From: Nitrospiraceae bacterium | GTDB lineage: Bacteria; Nitrospirota; Nitrospiria; Nitrospirales; Nitrospiraceae | Assembly: GCA_040255165.1 (NCBI GenBank) | Contig: JBDZUK010000001.1 | Coordinates: 101,520-165,519 of the forward strand | Direction of reading: 5' to 3' | DNA: 64,000 nucleotides | Shown: positions 41,100 to 51,164 of the stretch, in pieces | How the letters are laid out: each line of letters begins with the position of its first letter | How positions within the stretch are numbered: the stretch's first letter is position 1 | Notes under the pieces: generated by a model | What the model saw: only the letters and a program-made list of their open reading frames with translations | Databases searched by the model: none | Told to the model about the DNA's origin: nothing | Program-made: the position numbers and the translations under genes

Positions 41100-41496
41100 C
41101 AAAGTCATCCTCGTGGGGAACCTCACGCGGAATCCCGAATTGCGCTACACGCCGAACGGCACGCCGGTGGCCAGCTTCGGTTTGGCGACCAGCCGCCGCT
41201 TCAAACAAGGCGATGAGCTGAAAGAAGAAGTGTGTTTCATCGACATCGTGGTGTTCGGCAAGCAGGCTGAACACTGCGGCCAATATCTCAGCAAGGGCAA
41301 CGGAGTGATCGTCGACGGCCGCTTGCAACAGCGCCGTTGGGAAACGGAAGACGGCCAAAAACGCAGCAAGCACGAAGTGGTGGCGCAGGCGGTCACGTTC
41401 CTGCCCAAACGGCCGGAGGCCGGAGGCGGCGGAGGAGGAGGGTTCGAGGCTCCCCCGCACGACGATCCTCACTACGAATATGAAGACCATGCGTAA
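41086..41496 (+). CDS. ssb: single-stranded DNA-binding protein
   Basis: The GTG start gives (V)[33 protein letters not shown] (OB fold), followed by a Gly-rich linker. The C-terminus is atypical (see findings). Confidence 0.88.
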   Translation: [136 protein letters not shown]

Positions 41497-41508
41497 CAGG
41501 AGGCGGTA

Positions 41509-41751
41509 ATGGAACGAGGCGGCGGCGGAGGAGGACGGTTGTTTCAGCGGCGGCGGCCCTGTCGATTTTGCGTGGACAAGGCGCCGATCGACTTCAAAGA
41601 TGTCGGACTGCTCCGAAACTTTTTGACGGAACGCGGGCGAATCGTGCCTCGGCGCATTTCCGGCAATTGCCTGGGGCATCAGCGCGAGTTGACGATCGCC
41701 ATCAAGCGGGCCCGGCATATTGCGCTCGTCAGCTTTGCGGAAGAGCGATGA
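41509..41751 (+). CDS. rpsR: ribosomal protein S18
   Basis: It has the motifs [35 protein letters not shown] and [14 protein letters not shown] lies upstream. Confidence 0.93.
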   Translation: MERGGGGGGRLFQRRRPCRFCVDKAPIDFKDVGLLRNFLTERGRIVPRRISGNCLGHQRELTIAIKRARHIALVSFAEER

Positions 41752-41797
41752 ACCCCGTTTGACATTGGACAACGCGGCAGGTAAGAGGAAATAAAGA

Positions 41798-42409
41798 GTG
41801 AGCCAAATCGGAGCCATGATGGATATTCTGATGCCGCATGTAGCCGATATTGCTCCGGAGGGGCTGGATCTTTCCGGCAAAGTGACCGCCGACGACCTTG
41901 CTTTGAGCAAGACGGATTCCGTCTTGCGCGGCCCGCTCGGCGTGACGCTGCACCTGGACAAGCTGGACGGTACGATTCACCTCACGGGATTGCTGGACGG
42001 CACGGTCGTGCGGCAATGTGTGCGCTGTCTGGAGGAGTATGACGATCAGCTGTCGCTGACGATCTCGGCCGATTACGTGCAGGAGGCGGAGCCGGGACCG
42101 CGCGGGCGGAAGCGCGCGGAGCCCGGGAAGAAAGCGGCGGCCGACATGGAGGAGGCGCTCGAAGAGGAAGGAGAAGAGGCCTACCAGTATCAGGGCGATC
42201 AGCTCTCGCTGGCTCCCATGCTGCGCGAGCAGATCATTCTCGCGGCCCCCATGCACCCGTTGTGTCGGGAAGCATGCCTCGGACTGTGCCCTCAGTGCGG
42301 CAAAGATTTGAACCAAGGTCCCTGTCAGTGTGCGGCAGAACCGGTGAACTCTCCGTTCCGGGTCCTCCGCAGCGACAAGAGAAAAACCGGCGGACAGACC
42401 GGCTCATGA
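41798..42409 (+). CDS. yceD: YceD/DUF177 family protein
   Basis: It has Cys pairs CVRCLEEY and CREACLGLCPQCG, and sits directly upstream of rpmF as in many bacteria. Confidence 0.8.
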   Translation: MSQIGAMMDILMPHVADIAPEGLDLSGKVTADDLALSKTDSVLRGPLGVTLHLDKLDGTIHLTGLLDGTVVRQCVRCLEEYDDQLSLTISADYVQEAEPGPRGRKRAEPGKKAAADMEEALEEEGEEAYQYQGDQLSLAPMLREQIILAAPMHPLCREACLGLCPQCGKDLNQGPCQCAAEPVNSPFRVLRSDKRKTGGQTGS

Positions 42410-42445
42410 CGGGCCGGATTTCCGCATGGAACGGAAGGAGTCGCC

Positions 42446-42631
42446 ATGCCAAATCCGAAACATAAACATTCACGTGCCCGCCGCGACAAGCGGCGCACCG
42501 CGAAATTGCGCATCACCCCGCCGGGGATGTCGGTCTGTCCGCAGTGCCACGAATTGAAGCTGCCCCACTACACCTGTCTGAATTGCGGTACGTACAAGGG
42601 TAAGGCAGTCATTCAAGTCGAAGAAGCCTAG
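42446..42631 (+). CDS. rpmF: ribosomal protein L32
   Basis: The start is MPNPKHKHSRARRDKRR, and it has a CPQC...CLNCG zinc ribbon. Confidence 0.93.
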   Translation: MPNPKHKHSRARRDKRRTAKLRITPPGMSVCPQCHELKLPHYTCLNCGTYKGKAVIQVEEA

Positions 42632-42812
42632 CAGGGCCTGTGGTTGGGGACGGGGCCTGTCTTCGTGCGGGCCGGTGAGAAGAATCTCCTTTTTTACCAT
42701 CCTGTTGCGTCCAGCAATCCCCTAGTCTACACTGCGGCGACATTCGAGGCGGAGTGCCGTTTATGTCGCTTCCCCGGAGCCTTCTCGATAACCCGTGAGC
42801 ACACACGCGCGC

Positions 42813-43841
42813 ATGAAGATTGCGGTTGATGCGATGGGCGGAGACTATGGTCCCGCTCCGGTCATCGAAGGGTCACTGCAGGCGGCTGATGAACAGGATC
42901 TCGATATCATCCTGGTGGGAGACGAGAGTACGCTGGTGAATGAATGTCGCCGGCTCAAGTGCACCAGTCCGAGGCTGACCGTCCATCACGCGCCTCAAGT
43001 CGTGGAAATGCACGAATCACCCGCGGCGGTGGCGCGGAAAAAGCGGGACTCTTCCATCTGGATCGCGACGGAATTGGTGAAGAGCGGCGAGGCCAGCGCG
43101 GTGGTAAGTCCCGGGAATACCGGGGCGAGCATGGTCGCCTCTTTCTTTGTGCTCGGACTGACCAAAGGTGTCGAACGGCCGGCAATTGCCACGAGCCTGC
43201 CTACTTTGACCGGCAGCGCCATCATGTTGGACGTCGGCGCGAACGTGGATTGCACCGCCAAACACCTCGAACAGTTCGCGCTGATGGGCAACGAATACGG
43301 CAAGTACGTGTTCGGGAAGCCCAACCCGAAAATCGGTCTTCTCAGCATCGGAGAAGAAGACACCAAGGGCAACGAGGTGACGAAGGAAGCATTCAAGTTG
43401 CTCAAGGCCAGCCCGCTGAACTTCATCGGCAACGTGGAAGGGCGTGACGTCTACAGCGGAACGGCCGACGTGGTGGTGTGCGACGGCTTCATCGGAAACG
43501 TGGCGCTGAAAATTTCAGAGGGCGTGGCGGAAACCATCAAGAAACTGCTGCTCAAGGAAATTTCCGGCTCGTTCATGGGCCGACTGGCCTATCCGCTGAT
43601 CGCCGGCCCGCTCCTTAAACTGAAGCGCAAGATCGACTACGCGGAATTCGGCGGCGCGCCGTTGCTGGGGGTCAACGGCGTTACGATGATCTGCCACGGT
43701 CGGTCCTCGGCAAAGGCGATCAAGAACGCCATCCGCCGTGCGAAAGGATTGGCCGAAACGAGGATGGACGAGTTGATCCAGCGCGACATCGAAGAAAGCC
43801 TCGCCCGGCCGCACACGATGCCGGAGGAATCGCCTGCATGA
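42813..43841 (+). CDS. plsX: phosphate acyltransferase PlsX
   Basis: The start is MKIAVDAMGGDYGP, and the motifs DGFIGNVALK and GVNGVTMICHGRSS are present. Confidence 0.92.
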   Translation: MKIAVDAMGGDYGPAPVIEGSLQAADEQDLDIILVGDESTLVNECRRLKCTSPRLTVHHAPQVVEMHESPAAVARKKRDSSIWIATELVKSGEASAVVSPGNTGASMVASFFVLGLTKGVERPAIATSLPTLTGSAIMLDVGANVDCTAKHLEQFALMGNEYGKYVFGKPNPKIGLLSIGEEDTKGNEVTKEAFKLLKASPLNFIGNVEGRDVYSGTADVVVCDGFIGNVALKISEGVAETIKKLLLKEISGSFMGRLAYPLIAGPLLKLKRKIDYAEFGGAPLLGVNGVTMICHGRSSAKAIKNAIRRAKGLAETRMDELIQRDIEESLARPHTMPEESPA

Positions 43842-44812
43842 AATCTCGCATCGTCGGAACGGGATCCTATGTGCCGGCCAAGATCGTGACCAACGCCGAC
43901 CTCGAACGGATGGTGGCGACATCCGACGAATGGATCCGAGAACGCACCGGCATTCGGGAGCGGCGGGTGGCGGACACCGGCGAAGCCTGTTCGGACCTGG
44001 CGGTGATTGCGTCCGAGCGGGCGCTCAAGTCGGCGGGGATCGCGGCCGGGGATCTGGACATGATTCTCCTGGCTACCTGCACGGGAGACCAGCCGCTTCC
44101 GGCCACCGCGTGCCTGGTCCAGCATCGATTGGGAGCGGCGCGCGCCGCTGCCTGCGATCTTGGCGCCGCTTGCTGCGGGTTCGTCTACGCTCTTTCGATC
44201 GCGGATGCCTACGTGAGAACCGGCCTGCGACACGTGCTTGTCGTCGGTTCGGAAGTGATGTCGGCGATCACGGACTGGACCGAACGCAATACCTGTGTCC
44301 TGTTCGGAGACGGGGCCGGCGCGGCCGTGGTGGCGGCGGGCGAGGGTGAACGCGGGATCCTGTCGACCCATCTCCACTCCGACGGCAGCCTCTGCGATTT
44401 GATTGCGGTGCCGGGCGGAGGGGTGCGCAATCCGCCTTCGGAGAAGGTCCTCGCGGAGCGGATGCAGTACATCAAGATGAAGGGGAACGAGACGTTTAAA
44501 GTGGCCGTGCGGATGTTGGAGGAAACGGCGCGGGAAACGCTCGCCGCCAACAATTTGACGGTGGACGACCTCGATCTGTATGTGCCTCATCAAGCGAACG
44601 TGCGGATCATCAAGGCCGTCGCGGAACGGCTCAAGCTGCCTCCTGAGAAGGTCATGCTCAATCTGGATCGCTATGGGAACACCTCGGCGGCGTCGATCCC
44701 GATCGCGCTCGATGAAGCGGTCGGGGAGGGCCGGATCAAAGAAGGCTCGGTCGTGATGCTCGGGGCATTCGGTGCGGGGCTCACGTGGGCCTCGGCGCTG
44801 ATCCGATGGTGA
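43838..44812 (+). CDS. fabH: 3-oxoacyl-ACP synthase III
   Basis: It has the active-site motif ACCGFVYAL, plus VPHQANVRI and GNTSAASIP. Its start overlaps the plsX stop. Confidence 0.93.
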   Translation: MKSRIVGTGSYVPAKIVTNADLERMVATSDEWIRERTGIRERRVADTGEACSDLAVIASERALKSAGIAAGDLDMILLATCTGDQPLPATACLVQHRLGAARAAACDLGAACCGFVYALSIADAYVRTGLRHVLVVGSEVMSAITDWTERNTCVLFGDGAGAAVVAAGEGERGILSTHLHSDGSLCDLIAVPGGGVRNPPSEKVLAERMQYIKMKGNETFKVAVRMLEETARETLAANNLTVDDLDLYVPHQANVRIIKAVAERLKLPPEKVMLNLDRYGNTSAASIPIALDEAVGEGRIKEGSVVMLGAFGAGLTWASALIRW

Positions 44813-44939
44813 TCAAATCGTCACGCCTGGGAGAAAATCTTGGTTCGCTCCGATGATGCCGGCGGGTTGAGCACTGTGCGCTTCTCCAAGCTTTTTCTAT
44901 TTGACTTTCCAAGGAATTTCTAAGATATCTAACTCCGCT

Positions 44940-45878
44940 ATGGTGTCCGGCATCGGCCTCATTTTCCCCGGCCAAGGGTCGCAGTCCGTAGGGATGGGGC
45001 GAGCGCTCTACGAGGCCCATCCCAACCTCAAACAGGTTTACGAGGAAGCGTCTTCGATCCTGGGGTACGACGTCGCGGCACTCTGCTTCGACGGTCCCGC
45101 GGAACGACTCAATATGACGGAATATACCCAGCCCGCGCTGCTGGTCAGCAGCATTGCGGCCTGGCGGACGTTGGAACCGGCCGGGCTTCAGCCGATTGCC
45201 GTCGCCGGTCACAGTCTCGGAGAATACAGCGCGGTGGTGGCAGCCGGCGGCCTCGCCTTTCGGGAGGCGGTCGGGCTTGTGCAGAAACGCGGGCGGTACA
45301 TGGCGGAAGCGGTGCCGCCGGGAATCGGTCTGGTGGCGGCGCTCCTGGGATTAACAGCCGACGTGGTGAAAGAAATATGTCGAGAAGCGGCGTCGGCCGG
45401 CGTCGTGGCTGCCGCGAATTTCAACTCACCTGGCCAGGTGGTCATTGCAGGAGAGAAGGCCGCAGTCGAGCAGGCGATTGCCATCGCCAAGACCAAAGAG
45501 GGCAAGCGAGCGATTCTGTTGCCGGTAAGTGTACCGGTCCATACGCCGCTGATGCAGCCGGCTGCCGACCGGCTCGCCGCCGATCTGGGATTGGTTGCTT
45601 GGAAAGACCTTCGGTGGCCGCTGATCAATAATGCCGAAGCCCGGGCCGTGTCGCGCGCAGGCGACATTCGGCCGTCCCTCATCCGACAACTGCCTTCATC
45701 GGTACTGTGGGAGGAGTCGATCAGGGTGATGGCCAGGATGGGAGTCACCACCTTCGTCGAAGTGGGACCGGGCACGGTTTTGATCGGGCTGGTCAAACGC
45801 ATCGTGCCGGAGGCCACCATACTGAACGTGAATGATCCCACATCGCTGGAAGCGACTCTTGACAGTCTGAACGTGTGA
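44940..45878 (+). CDS. fabD: malonyl-CoA:ACP transacylase
   Basis: It has the motifs FPGQGSQSVGMG and GHSLGEYSA. Confidence 0.92.
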   Translation: MVSGIGLIFPGQGSQSVGMGRALYEAHPNLKQVYEEASSILGYDVAALCFDGPAERLNMTEYTQPALLVSSIAAWRTLEPAGLQPIAVAGHSLGEYSAVVAAGGLAFREAVGLVQKRGRYMAEAVPPGIGLVAALLGLTADVVKEICREAASAGVVAAANFNSPGQVVIAGEKAAVEQAIAIAKTKEGKRAILLPVSVPVHTPLMQPAADRLAADLGLVAWKDLRWPLINNAEARAVSRAGDIRPSLIRQLPSSVLWEESIRVMARMGVTTFVEVGPGTVLIGLVKRIVPEATILNVNDPTSLEATLDSLNV

Positions 45879-45968
45879 AGGTCGAAGGTCATCAGGTCGG
45901 GAAAAGGGCCAAGGCGACGCCATGACCTTACGACCCGAAGACTTTATAACTTTCGCCGGGAGTCATTG

Positions 45969-46712
45969 ATGTCATTAGAAGGCAAAGTCGCGATTGTCAC
46001 CGGGGCGGCTCAGGGCATCGGACGAGCCATTGCCGAGGCGCTGGCCCGGGCTGGCGCGGACATTGCCATCGCGGACCTGGATCCGGGACGTTCCCAAGAG
46101 GCCGTAACCGCCGTCGAGCAACTCGGGCGGAAGGCTATGAACGTGAAAGTCAACGTGGCTGACGGTGATGAAGCCAAGGCCATGGCGGAGCAGGTATTGA
46201 AAGCCTGGGGGAAAATCGACATCCTCGTGAACAACGCGGGCATCACCCGGGACGGGTTGCTGCTCCGCATGAAAGAAGAGGACTGGAACCTCGTTTTGCA
46301 AGTCAATCTGAACGGCACGTTTAATTGCACCAAAGCGGTCTTGCAGCCGATGACCAAGCAGCGGTATGGTCGGATTGTCAACATTGCTTCCATTGTCGGG
46401 GTCATGGGGAACGTGGGGCAGGCGAATTATGCGGCCTCCAAGGCAGCGGTCATCGGGTTCACGAAAACCGTGGCCCGGGAATATGCGAGCCGCAACGTCA
46501 CGGTAAACGCGGTCGCGCCCGGATTCATCGATACGGCTATGACCCAGGGCTTGTCGCCCGAGGTGAAGGAGACGCTGCAGAAGCAAATCCCTTTGGGGCG
46601 GCTTGGGCAACCGGCGGATATCGCGGCGGCCGTGCGGTTTTTGGTGTCGGCGGAGGCCGCGTACATCACGGGCCACGTCCTGCACGTCAACGGCGGAATG
46701 TTAATGGCATAA
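45969..46712 (+). CDS. fabG: 3-oxoacyl-ACP reductase
   Basis: It is an SDR with the motifs VTGAAQGIGRAIA, NNAGI and YAASKAA. Confidence 0.93.
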   Translation: MSLEGKVAIVTGAAQGIGRAIAEALARAGADIAIADLDPGRSQEAVTAVEQLGRKAMNVKVNVADGDEAKAMAEQVLKAWGKIDILVNNAGITRDGLLLRMKEEDWNLVLQVNLNGTFNCTKAVLQPMTKQRYGRIVNIASIVGVMGNVGQANYAASKAAVIGFTKTVAREYASRNVTVNAVAPGFIDTAMTQGLSPEVKETLQKQIPLGRLGQPADIAAAVRFLVSAEAAYITGHVLHVNGGMLMA

Positions 46713-46804
46713 GCAACGGGCGCAAGGCGACCGGGCCGCGACGTAGCATGAGGCCCTCGTCCAGTAAGGGAGGTTGAACGATGGGGAAGGAGGTCGGAAA
46801 ATCA

Positions 46805-47038
46805 ATGGCCACGGTTGAAGAGCGTGTCAAGAAAATCATCGCCGAACAACTGGGCGTAGAGGAGGACGAGGTGACTCCGGAAGCGCATTTCGTCGAGGAT
46901 CTCGGAGCCGATTCGCTGGATACGGTCGAGCTGGTGATGGCGCTCGAAGAGGAATTCGAAATCGAGATCCCGGATGAGGATGCGGAAAAGATCCTCACCG
47001 TCGGGAAGGCTTTGGACTATATCAAGGAAAAAGTTTAA
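46805..47038 (+). CDS. acpP: acyl carrier protein
   Basis: The sequence is [18 protein letters not shown]...[19 protein letters not shown]. An alternative upstream ATG at 46781 has a better-spaced AAGGGAGG. Confidence 0.92.
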   Translation: MATVEERVKKIIAEQLGVEEDEVTPEAHFVEDLGADSLDTVELVMALEEEFEIEIPDEDAEKILTVGKALDYIKEKV

Positions 47039-47055
47039 CGGTCCTTTTTTCTCCC

Positions 47056-48306
47056 ATGCAGGAACGACCCACACGACGCATCGTCGTGACCGGTCTCGGA
47101 CTGGTCACCCCGCTCGGCACCGGCGTCGAGAAAACCTGGAAGGCGCTCTGCGCGGGCGAGTCTGGCATCGGCCGGATCACGCGATTCGATCCGACCGGGT
47201 ACGACGCTCAGATCGCCGGCGAGGTGAAGGATTTCGACCCGGCGCAGTTCATCGAAAAAAAAGAGATCAAGAAAATGGACACCTTCATCCACTACGCCGT
47301 CGGCGCGAGCCAACTTGCGGTGGATGACGCGGGCCTGAAAGTGGCTCCGGAGGAAGCGACGAGAGTCGGCGTGTATATCGGATCCGGGATCGGAGGCCTC
47401 GGCTCCATCGAAACCTACCACAAGATTCTGCAGGAAAAGGGCCCCGGGCGGGTGTCTCCCTTTTTCATTCCGATGACGATCATCAATCTGGCCTCGGGCC
47501 AGGTCGCCATCAGGATCGGAGCCAAAGGACCCAACTCCTGCGCCGTCACGGCGTGCGCGACCGGGAACAATTGTATCGGCGATGCGTATCGATTGATTCA
47601 ACGCGGCGATGCGGACGTCATGATCGCCGGGGGCGCCGAGGCGGCGATCACTCCGCTGTGCGTCGCCGGGTTTGCGTCGGCCAAGGCGCTTTCGTTCCGC
47701 AACGATGAGCCGGCAAGGGCCAGCCGTCCGTTCGATCGGGATCGGGACGGGTTTGTTCTGGGCGAAGGAGCCGGGGTGGTGGTGCTCGAAGAATTGGATC
47801 ATGCGCGCCGCCGAGGCGCGCGGATTTACGCCGAAATCATCGGCTACGCCATGAACAGCGACGCGTATCACATCACCGCGCCTCCGGAAAACGGCGAAGG
47901 AGCCGTTCGTTGCATGGAATTGGCGATCAAGGACGCGGGCATTGCGAAGGACGAGATCGGCTACATCAACGCGCACGGCACGTCGACGATGGCGGACGCG
48001 ATCGAGACGAGCGCGATCAAGCAAGTCTTCGGCGAGCAAGCCTATCGCATTCCAGTCAGCTCCACAAAATCCATGACCGGGCATCTGCTCGGCGCGGCCG
48101 GCGGCATCGAAGCAGTCTTCAGCATCCTATCGATGCGTCATGGTATCCTGCCTCCCACGATCAATCTGGACAACCCAGACCCAGCGTGCGATCTGGACTA
48201 TGTGCCCAACACGGCGCGGGCCGCCAAGCCGTCCGTGGTCTTGTCCAACTCCTTCGGGTTCGGCGGCGTCAATGCCTGCCTATTGTTTCGTCACCTCGAC
48301 GCGTAG
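47056..48306 (+). CDS. fabF: 3-oxoacyl-ACP synthase II
   Basis: It has the active-site motif AVTACATGN, plus NAHGTST and GHLLGAAG. Confidence 0.94.
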   Translation: MQERPTRRIVVTGLGLVTPLGTGVEKTWKALCAGESGIGRITRFDPTGYDAQIAGEVKDFDPAQFIEKKEIKKMDTFIHYAVGASQLAVDDAGLKVAPEEATRVGVYIGSGIGGLGSIETYHKILQEKGPGRVSPFFIPMTIINLASGQVAIRIGAKGPNSCAVTACATGNNCIGDAYRLIQRGDADVMIAGGAEAAITPLCVAGFASAKALSFRNDEPARASRPFDRDRDGFVLGEGAGVVVLEELDHARRRGARIYAEIIGYAMNSDAYHITAPPENGEGAVRCMELAIKDAGIAKDEIGYINAHGTSTMADAIETSAIKQVFGEQAYRIPVSSTKSMTGHLLGAAGGIEAVFSILSMRHGILPPTINLDNPDPACDLDYVPNTARAAKPSVVLSNSFGFGGVNACLLFRHLDA

Positions 48307-48336
48307 CAGAAGGCCCCGAGCCATGACGCACCTCGT

Positions 48337-49044
48337 ATGACTCCGGCTGCGTCTTTCGAATCGATCCAGGAGACCTTGGGCTATCGCTTTACCCGACTTG
48401 AGCTTCTCGACGAAGCGCTCACGCACAAGTCGCACGTCAACGAGCAGCGGGCCAAACCGCGCCGCCACAACGAACGACTGGAATTTCTCGGCGATGCAGT
48501 ATTGTCGTTGGTGATCAGCGAATATTTGGCCGGCCGCTTTCCTCAGCTCACCGAGGGTGCGCTCTCCAAGCTCAAGGCCAAGTTGGTCAGCGAAGCGTCG
48601 CTGGCAAGGGCGGCTCGGAGATTGCAGTTGGGGTCTCTGCTGCGTCTGGGACGGGGGGAGGAACTGTCGAAAGGTCGGGAGAAACATTCCTTGCTGGCCG
48701 ACGCGGTCGAGGCAGTGATCGCCGCGGTCTATCTGGACGGAGGATTGGATGCGAGCCGCCGGTTCACGTTGCATGCTTTGGGAGAGGAATTGACGCAAAT
48801 CGAAGCGCAGGAAATCCGTCCGGGTGTCGACGACTACAAAACCCAGTTCCAGGAGTGGTGTCAGAAGCGATTCGAAACATTGCCGCGCTATGTCATCGCG
48901 CGGGAATCGGGGCCTGATCATCACAAGACGTTCGAAGTGGAGTTGATGGTGAACGGTGAAGTGGTCGGCGTCGGCCGCGGCCACAGCAAGAAAGAGGCTG
49001 AACAAATGGCGGCCAAACAAGCGCTCGAGCAGGCGGCTATGTAA
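48337..49044 (+). CDS. rnc: ribonuclease III
   Basis: It has the signature NERLEFLGDAVL and a C-terminal dsRBD (GPDHHKTFEVEL...GHSKKEAEQMAAKQAL). Confidence 0.92.
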   Translation: MTPAASFESIQETLGYRFTRLELLDEALTHKSHVNEQRAKPRRHNERLEFLGDAVLSLVISEYLAGRFPQLTEGALSKLKAKLVSEASLARAARRLQLGSLLRLGRGEELSKGREKHSLLADAVEAVIAAVYLDGGLDASRRFTLHALGEELTQIEAQEIRPGVDDYKTQFQEWCQKRFETLPRYVIARESGPDHHKTFEVELMVNGEVVGVGRGHSKKEAEQMAAKQALEQAAM

Positions 49045-49078
49045 GCGGAGCAAGCGGATGAAGAACAGGAGGTCGACA

Positions 49079-49687
49079 ATGCGGAATCAGGCAATCGTAA
49101 GCGTGCTGGCGGTGACGCTGATGTGCGCGGGCATGATGAGCGCCAAGGCGGCTGCGGCGGACAAGGCGCCCGCAACCAAGGAGGCGGGCAAGGAAGCCGG
49201 CGCGAAGGCGGCCCGAGCCGTCATTAAGACCAAGTTCGGCGAGATGGAGATCAAGTTCTATCCGGAGGTGGCCCCTAAGCATGTGGAGAATTTCATCAAG
49301 CTGGCCAAGGAAGGTTTTTACAACGGCACGATCTTTCACCGGGTCATTCCCGGTTTTATGATTCAAGGCGGAGACCCGAACACCAAAGACTCGTTGAAGA
49401 AGGACACCTACGGCCAGGGCGGTCCCGGCTACTCAATCAACGCCGAGTTCAACGACATTCCGCACAAGCGCGGCGTGCTCTCCATGGCCCGCGCCAATGA
49501 TCCCAATAGCGCCGGATCCCAATTTTTCATCGTGGTGGAAGACTCGCGGTTCCTAGACCGCAAGTATACCGTGTTCGGAGAAGTCACGAGAGGACTGGGA
49601 GTCGCGGACAAGATCGTGAATCTCGCCCGGGACGAGCGTGACAATCCCAAAGAGCGCGTGGAAATGACCGTCACCATCTTGGAGTAG
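49079..49687 (+). CDS. periplasmic cyclophilin-type peptidyl-prolyl isomerase
   Basis: AGGAGG lies 7 nt before the ATG at 49079. It has a signal peptide (VLAVTLMCAGMMSAKAAAA) and the motifs FHRVIPGFMIQGGDP and SQFFIV. Confidence 0.9.
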   Translation: MRNQAIVSVLAVTLMCAGMMSAKAAAADKAPATKEAGKEAGAKAARAVIKTKFGEMEIKFYPEVAPKHVENFIKLAKEGFYNGTIFHRVIPGFMIQGGDPNTKDSLKKDTYGQGGPGYSINAEFNDIPHKRGVLSMARANDPNSAGSQFFIVVEDSRFLDRKYTVFGEVTRGLGVADKIVNLARDERDNPKERVEMTVTILE

Positions 49688-49697
49688 CCATTTGAGC

Positions 49698-49724
49698 GAA
49701 GGGGAGAGCCCCCTTTGTCTTGTC
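49698..49724 (+). terminator. probable intrinsic terminator after the PPIase gene
   Basis: A GAAGGGG-AGAGC-CCCCTTT hairpin is followed by TGTCTTGT. Confidence 0.45.
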
Positions 49725-49981
49725 CGAAAACACCTGTCAGAATTGTAGGACACGGCCTACAGACTCATTCCGCTGAGAATTCGACGCTTTTGGCGCCGTG
49801 ACGACCGCGCCGGTCGCGGGGCGCCTACACCTCTCCCCTCTCCCTTTCCTCCATCAGGGACCGAACCAACCGCACGTCGCGGATTTTTGTGCGCAGCCCA
49901 TCGATGCCAATCGGGTATGCCGGTTGCTTTGCTTGCGGCACATTGATCCACCTGTCAGATCGAACGCAAAGAGGAGAGACG

Positions 49982-50401
49982 ATGACGATGAAGATCCACA
50001 CGTGTTTGAAATGCGCCACTCTCGTCACGATGTTGTGGGGAACGGCTTGCTGGAGCGCCACATTGACATGGAGTCCGAACAGCGAACCGGATTTGGCAGG
50101 CTATCGCGTCTATAAGTGCAATCAGTTGCCTTGCGGAAAAAACAGTGGCACGGCCTCGCTCCTCACCACCTTGGGCAAGGTGAACAGTTACAATATCGGC
50201 ACGCCGTCGGCCGTGCAGCATTACGTCGTGACGGCGTATGACATGTCGAACAATGAATCGGCGGAGAGCAGCGTGGCGACCTTTACGCCCTTGGCCACGA
50301 CCCCACAGCCGCCGCCTTCCACGCCTCCCGACGATCCCGCGTCCGCCCCGCCCGCGGCCCCTCCCCCCGTGCCGACCGGATTACGGCTCGTGATGAACTA
50401 G
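49982..50401 (+). CDS. secreted fibronectin-type-III-like domain protein with a Pro-rich tail
   Basis: GAGGAG lies 5 nt before the ATG at 49982. It has a signal peptide and an FN3-like region (TLTWSPNSEPDLAGYRVY...YVVTAYDMSNNES). The tail reads PQPPPSTPPDDPASAPPAAPPPVP. Confidence 0.5.
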   Translation: MTMKIHTCLKCATLVTMLWGTACWSATLTWSPNSEPDLAGYRVYKCNQLPCGKNSGTASLLTTLGKVNSYNIGTPSAVQHYVVTAYDMSNNESAESSVATFTPLATTPQPPPSTPPDDPASAPPAAPPPVPTGLRLVMN

Positions 50402-50425
50402 GCCGTTACCGTGAATAACAATTCG

Positions 50426-50453
50426 CCGTCCTGGACAGCGTGCTGTCGGACGG
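50426..50453. terminator. hairpin between convergent genes
   Basis: CCGTCC-TG-GACAGC-GT-GCTGTC-GGACGG is a 12-bp interrupted stem. There is no clear U-tract. Confidence 0.35.
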
Positions 50454-50456
50454 GTG

Positions 50457-51164
50457 TCAGTGGTGAGGATGGCCGTGTTGACACTCGGGACCATGGACGT
50501 GCGGGACGGGCGCTGCGGGGGGCATGAATGATTGTCCGGGCAGGACGATATGCCCTCGTTCGGACCGTCGGGAGAGGTGCGCGGCGATCTCGGGGTGGTA
50601 GGTTTTGACGTAGCCGATCAGGCCGCTCAGGAACCGTTGAGACTGGAAGCCGGTTCCTGAGAATTCTTCTACAAACTTGAGCGTTCGATCCAAGACGTCC
50701 GGAGCAGTGGATGGATCGGCGACTCGATCAGGTTCCTGCTTCTTGAAGGTCTCGTATTCTTTTTTCAGGTGCTCGGCGAATACCGGCATCGGTGCGGCCG
50801 GGACGTGAAGAGGGCTCAGCGTGCGCCGCAGCGATTGGATCGCCGCCACGATTTCGGCATCCTGCCCGTCGCGCCGCCCCTCGAAGTACCCGAACGTGAC
50901 GACTTCGATGAGATTGAACAACGCCACCGCTTTTTCTCCGCCGAGCTCGCCTAACTCTCGATAAAAGTCCCGCCGCATCGGGGCGAATTGTTGGGCCAAC
51001 CGCTTCTGCTGGTAGTCGCTGCCGGATCCCAGATACGCGCAATCTGCCGGACAAGAGACGCGGACCACCCGATGTTCGCCGCAACATTGGCTGCAAATCA
51101 ACCCGCCGAGGGCCGGACAGGCGCGCTTTCCCTTGCGTTGCTGGCAGTAGACACACCGGCTCAT
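50457..51164 (-). CDS. hypothetical protein with an N-terminal 8-Cys module and a His-rich C-terminus
   Basis: The N-terminus is MSRCVYCQQRKGKRACPALGGLICSQCCGEHRVVRVSCPADCAYL and the C-terminus is HVHGPECQHGHPHH. Its start overlaps the stop of the upstream propeller gene by 4 nt. Confidence 0.5.
   Translation of the reverse strand: MSRCVYCQQRKGKRACPALGGLICSQCCGEHRVVRVSCPADCAYLGSGSDYQQKRLAQQFAPMRRDFYRELGELGGEKAVALFNLIEVVTFGYFEGRRDGQDAEIVAAIQSLRRTLSPLHVPAAPMPVFAEHLKKEYETFKKQEPDRVADPSTAPDVLDRTLKFVEEFSGTGFQSQRFLSGLIGYVKTYHPEIAAHLSRRSERGHIVLPGQSFMPPAAPVPHVHGPECQHGHPHH

Noticed and set aside
41005-41961. A 318-aa minus-strand ORF covering rpsF-ssb-rpsR.
   Set aside because: It is antisense to three unmistakable ribosomal and SSB genes and has no motifs.
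49731-49959. The 11-mer CACCTGTCAGA repeated directly at 49731-49741 and 49949-49959, in the spacer between the PPIase gene and the FN3-like gene.
   Set aside because: About 4-5 such 11-mer repeats within 300 bp are expected by chance in 64 kb under a uniform-base estimate. There is no further flanking similarity.
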